Source: Parcubacteria group bacterium
GTDB taxonomy: Bacteria > Patescibacteriota > Minisyncoccia > Phycocordibacterales > Zambryskibacteraceae
DNA length: 64,000 nucleotides
Assembly (NCBI GenBank): GCA_028286565.1
Contig: JAQBRH010000002.1
Coordinates: 81,876 to 145,875, forward strand
Reading direction: 5' to 3'
Both the position numbers and the translations under genes were made by a program. Each line of letters begins with the position of its first letter. Positions within the stretch are counted from its first letter, which is position 1. Under the pieces are notes generated by a model, which worked only from the letters and a program-made list of their open reading frames with translations, had not been told where the DNA came from and did not search any database. Shown piece after piece: positions 63,760-64,000 of the stretch.

Positions 63760-63776
63760 ATGACGCCATCATGACA
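63760..63776 (-). promoter_or_regulatory. OmpR/PhoB-type direct repeat upstream of the DUF347 gene promoter
   Basis: Minus strand TGTCAT-gatgg-CGTCAT (11-bp period) upstream of TATACT. Confidence 0.45.
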
Positions 63777-63828
63777 AAACCGCTCCCTGGTACAGAAGAG
63801 CGGTTTTGTCCGAGGAACGGGCGCGTTG

Positions 63829-63999
63829 TTAGTTAACGTTCGCAACCCCGTTCACATCATCGGCAGGATTTTCACCCTGCTCTGGAGTACCCGAGGAAGA
63901 AGCTGAATCGTCAGCAGTCTCCGCATCGGCGCTTTCGGCGACATCCGCCTTTTCGATACCGCCTTGTTCATCTTGAACATTATCGGTATCGGCGGCAGT
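63829..63999 (-). CDS. Acidic low-complexity C-terminus of a protein truncated by the window edge
   Basis: Reads TAADTDNVQDEQGGIEKADVAESADAETADD...NVN*. Confidence 0.6.
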   Translation of the reverse strand, partial: TAADTDNVQDEQGGIEKADVAESADAETADDSASSSGTPEQGENPADDVNGVANVN

Positions 64000-64000
64000 C

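Noticed and set aside
1-64000. tRNA, rRNA, CRISPR array, IS or prophage; alternative genetic code 25
   Set aside because: No cloverleaf, spaced repeats, transposase, integrase or structural phage genes seen; TGA terminates conserved genes (dinB, ftsW, trpS), so code 11 fits

Overview
Chromosomal 64 kb window, almost certainly from a Patescibacteria/CPR (Parcubacteria-like) bacterium using genetic code 11. This is inferred from the minimal alaS/gltX, archaeal-type aspS, the sigma70-r4/HARE-HTH protein, the FtsA-like/baseplate-J-like pair, PsbP-like surface proteins and the absence of biosynthetic operons. Most genes are on the minus strand and are housekeeping: recR, dnaB, six aminoacyl-tRNA synthetases, mraY-ftsW-murG, scpAB, grpE-dnaK-dnaJ, the infA-rpmJ-rpsM-rpsK-rpsD-rpoA-rplQ-rplM-rpsI cluster, mnmA, mltG and ychF. 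No rRNA, tRNA, CRISPR, transposase or integrase was seen. Points of interest: (1) a translationally coupled DedA / GT4 glycosyltransferase / alpha-beta hydrolase / sphingomyelin-synthase-like operon, a candidate lipid scavenging and remodelling system; (2) about a dozen self-contained single-gene cassettes wedged between core genes, whereas many core genes look leaderless; (3) duplications marking insertion events at the ychF 3' end and in the rpsI-grpE slot; (4) AT-rich patches whose edges fall inside ORFs, including a divergent CP1 editing domain in LeuRS and the sensor domain of a histidine kinase next to a SET gene; (5) a candidate 6S-like ncRNA, a LexA-type box at dinB, and a transglycosylase-like gene with no standard start codon. 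All calls are from motif recognition by eye; no searches or folding were run.
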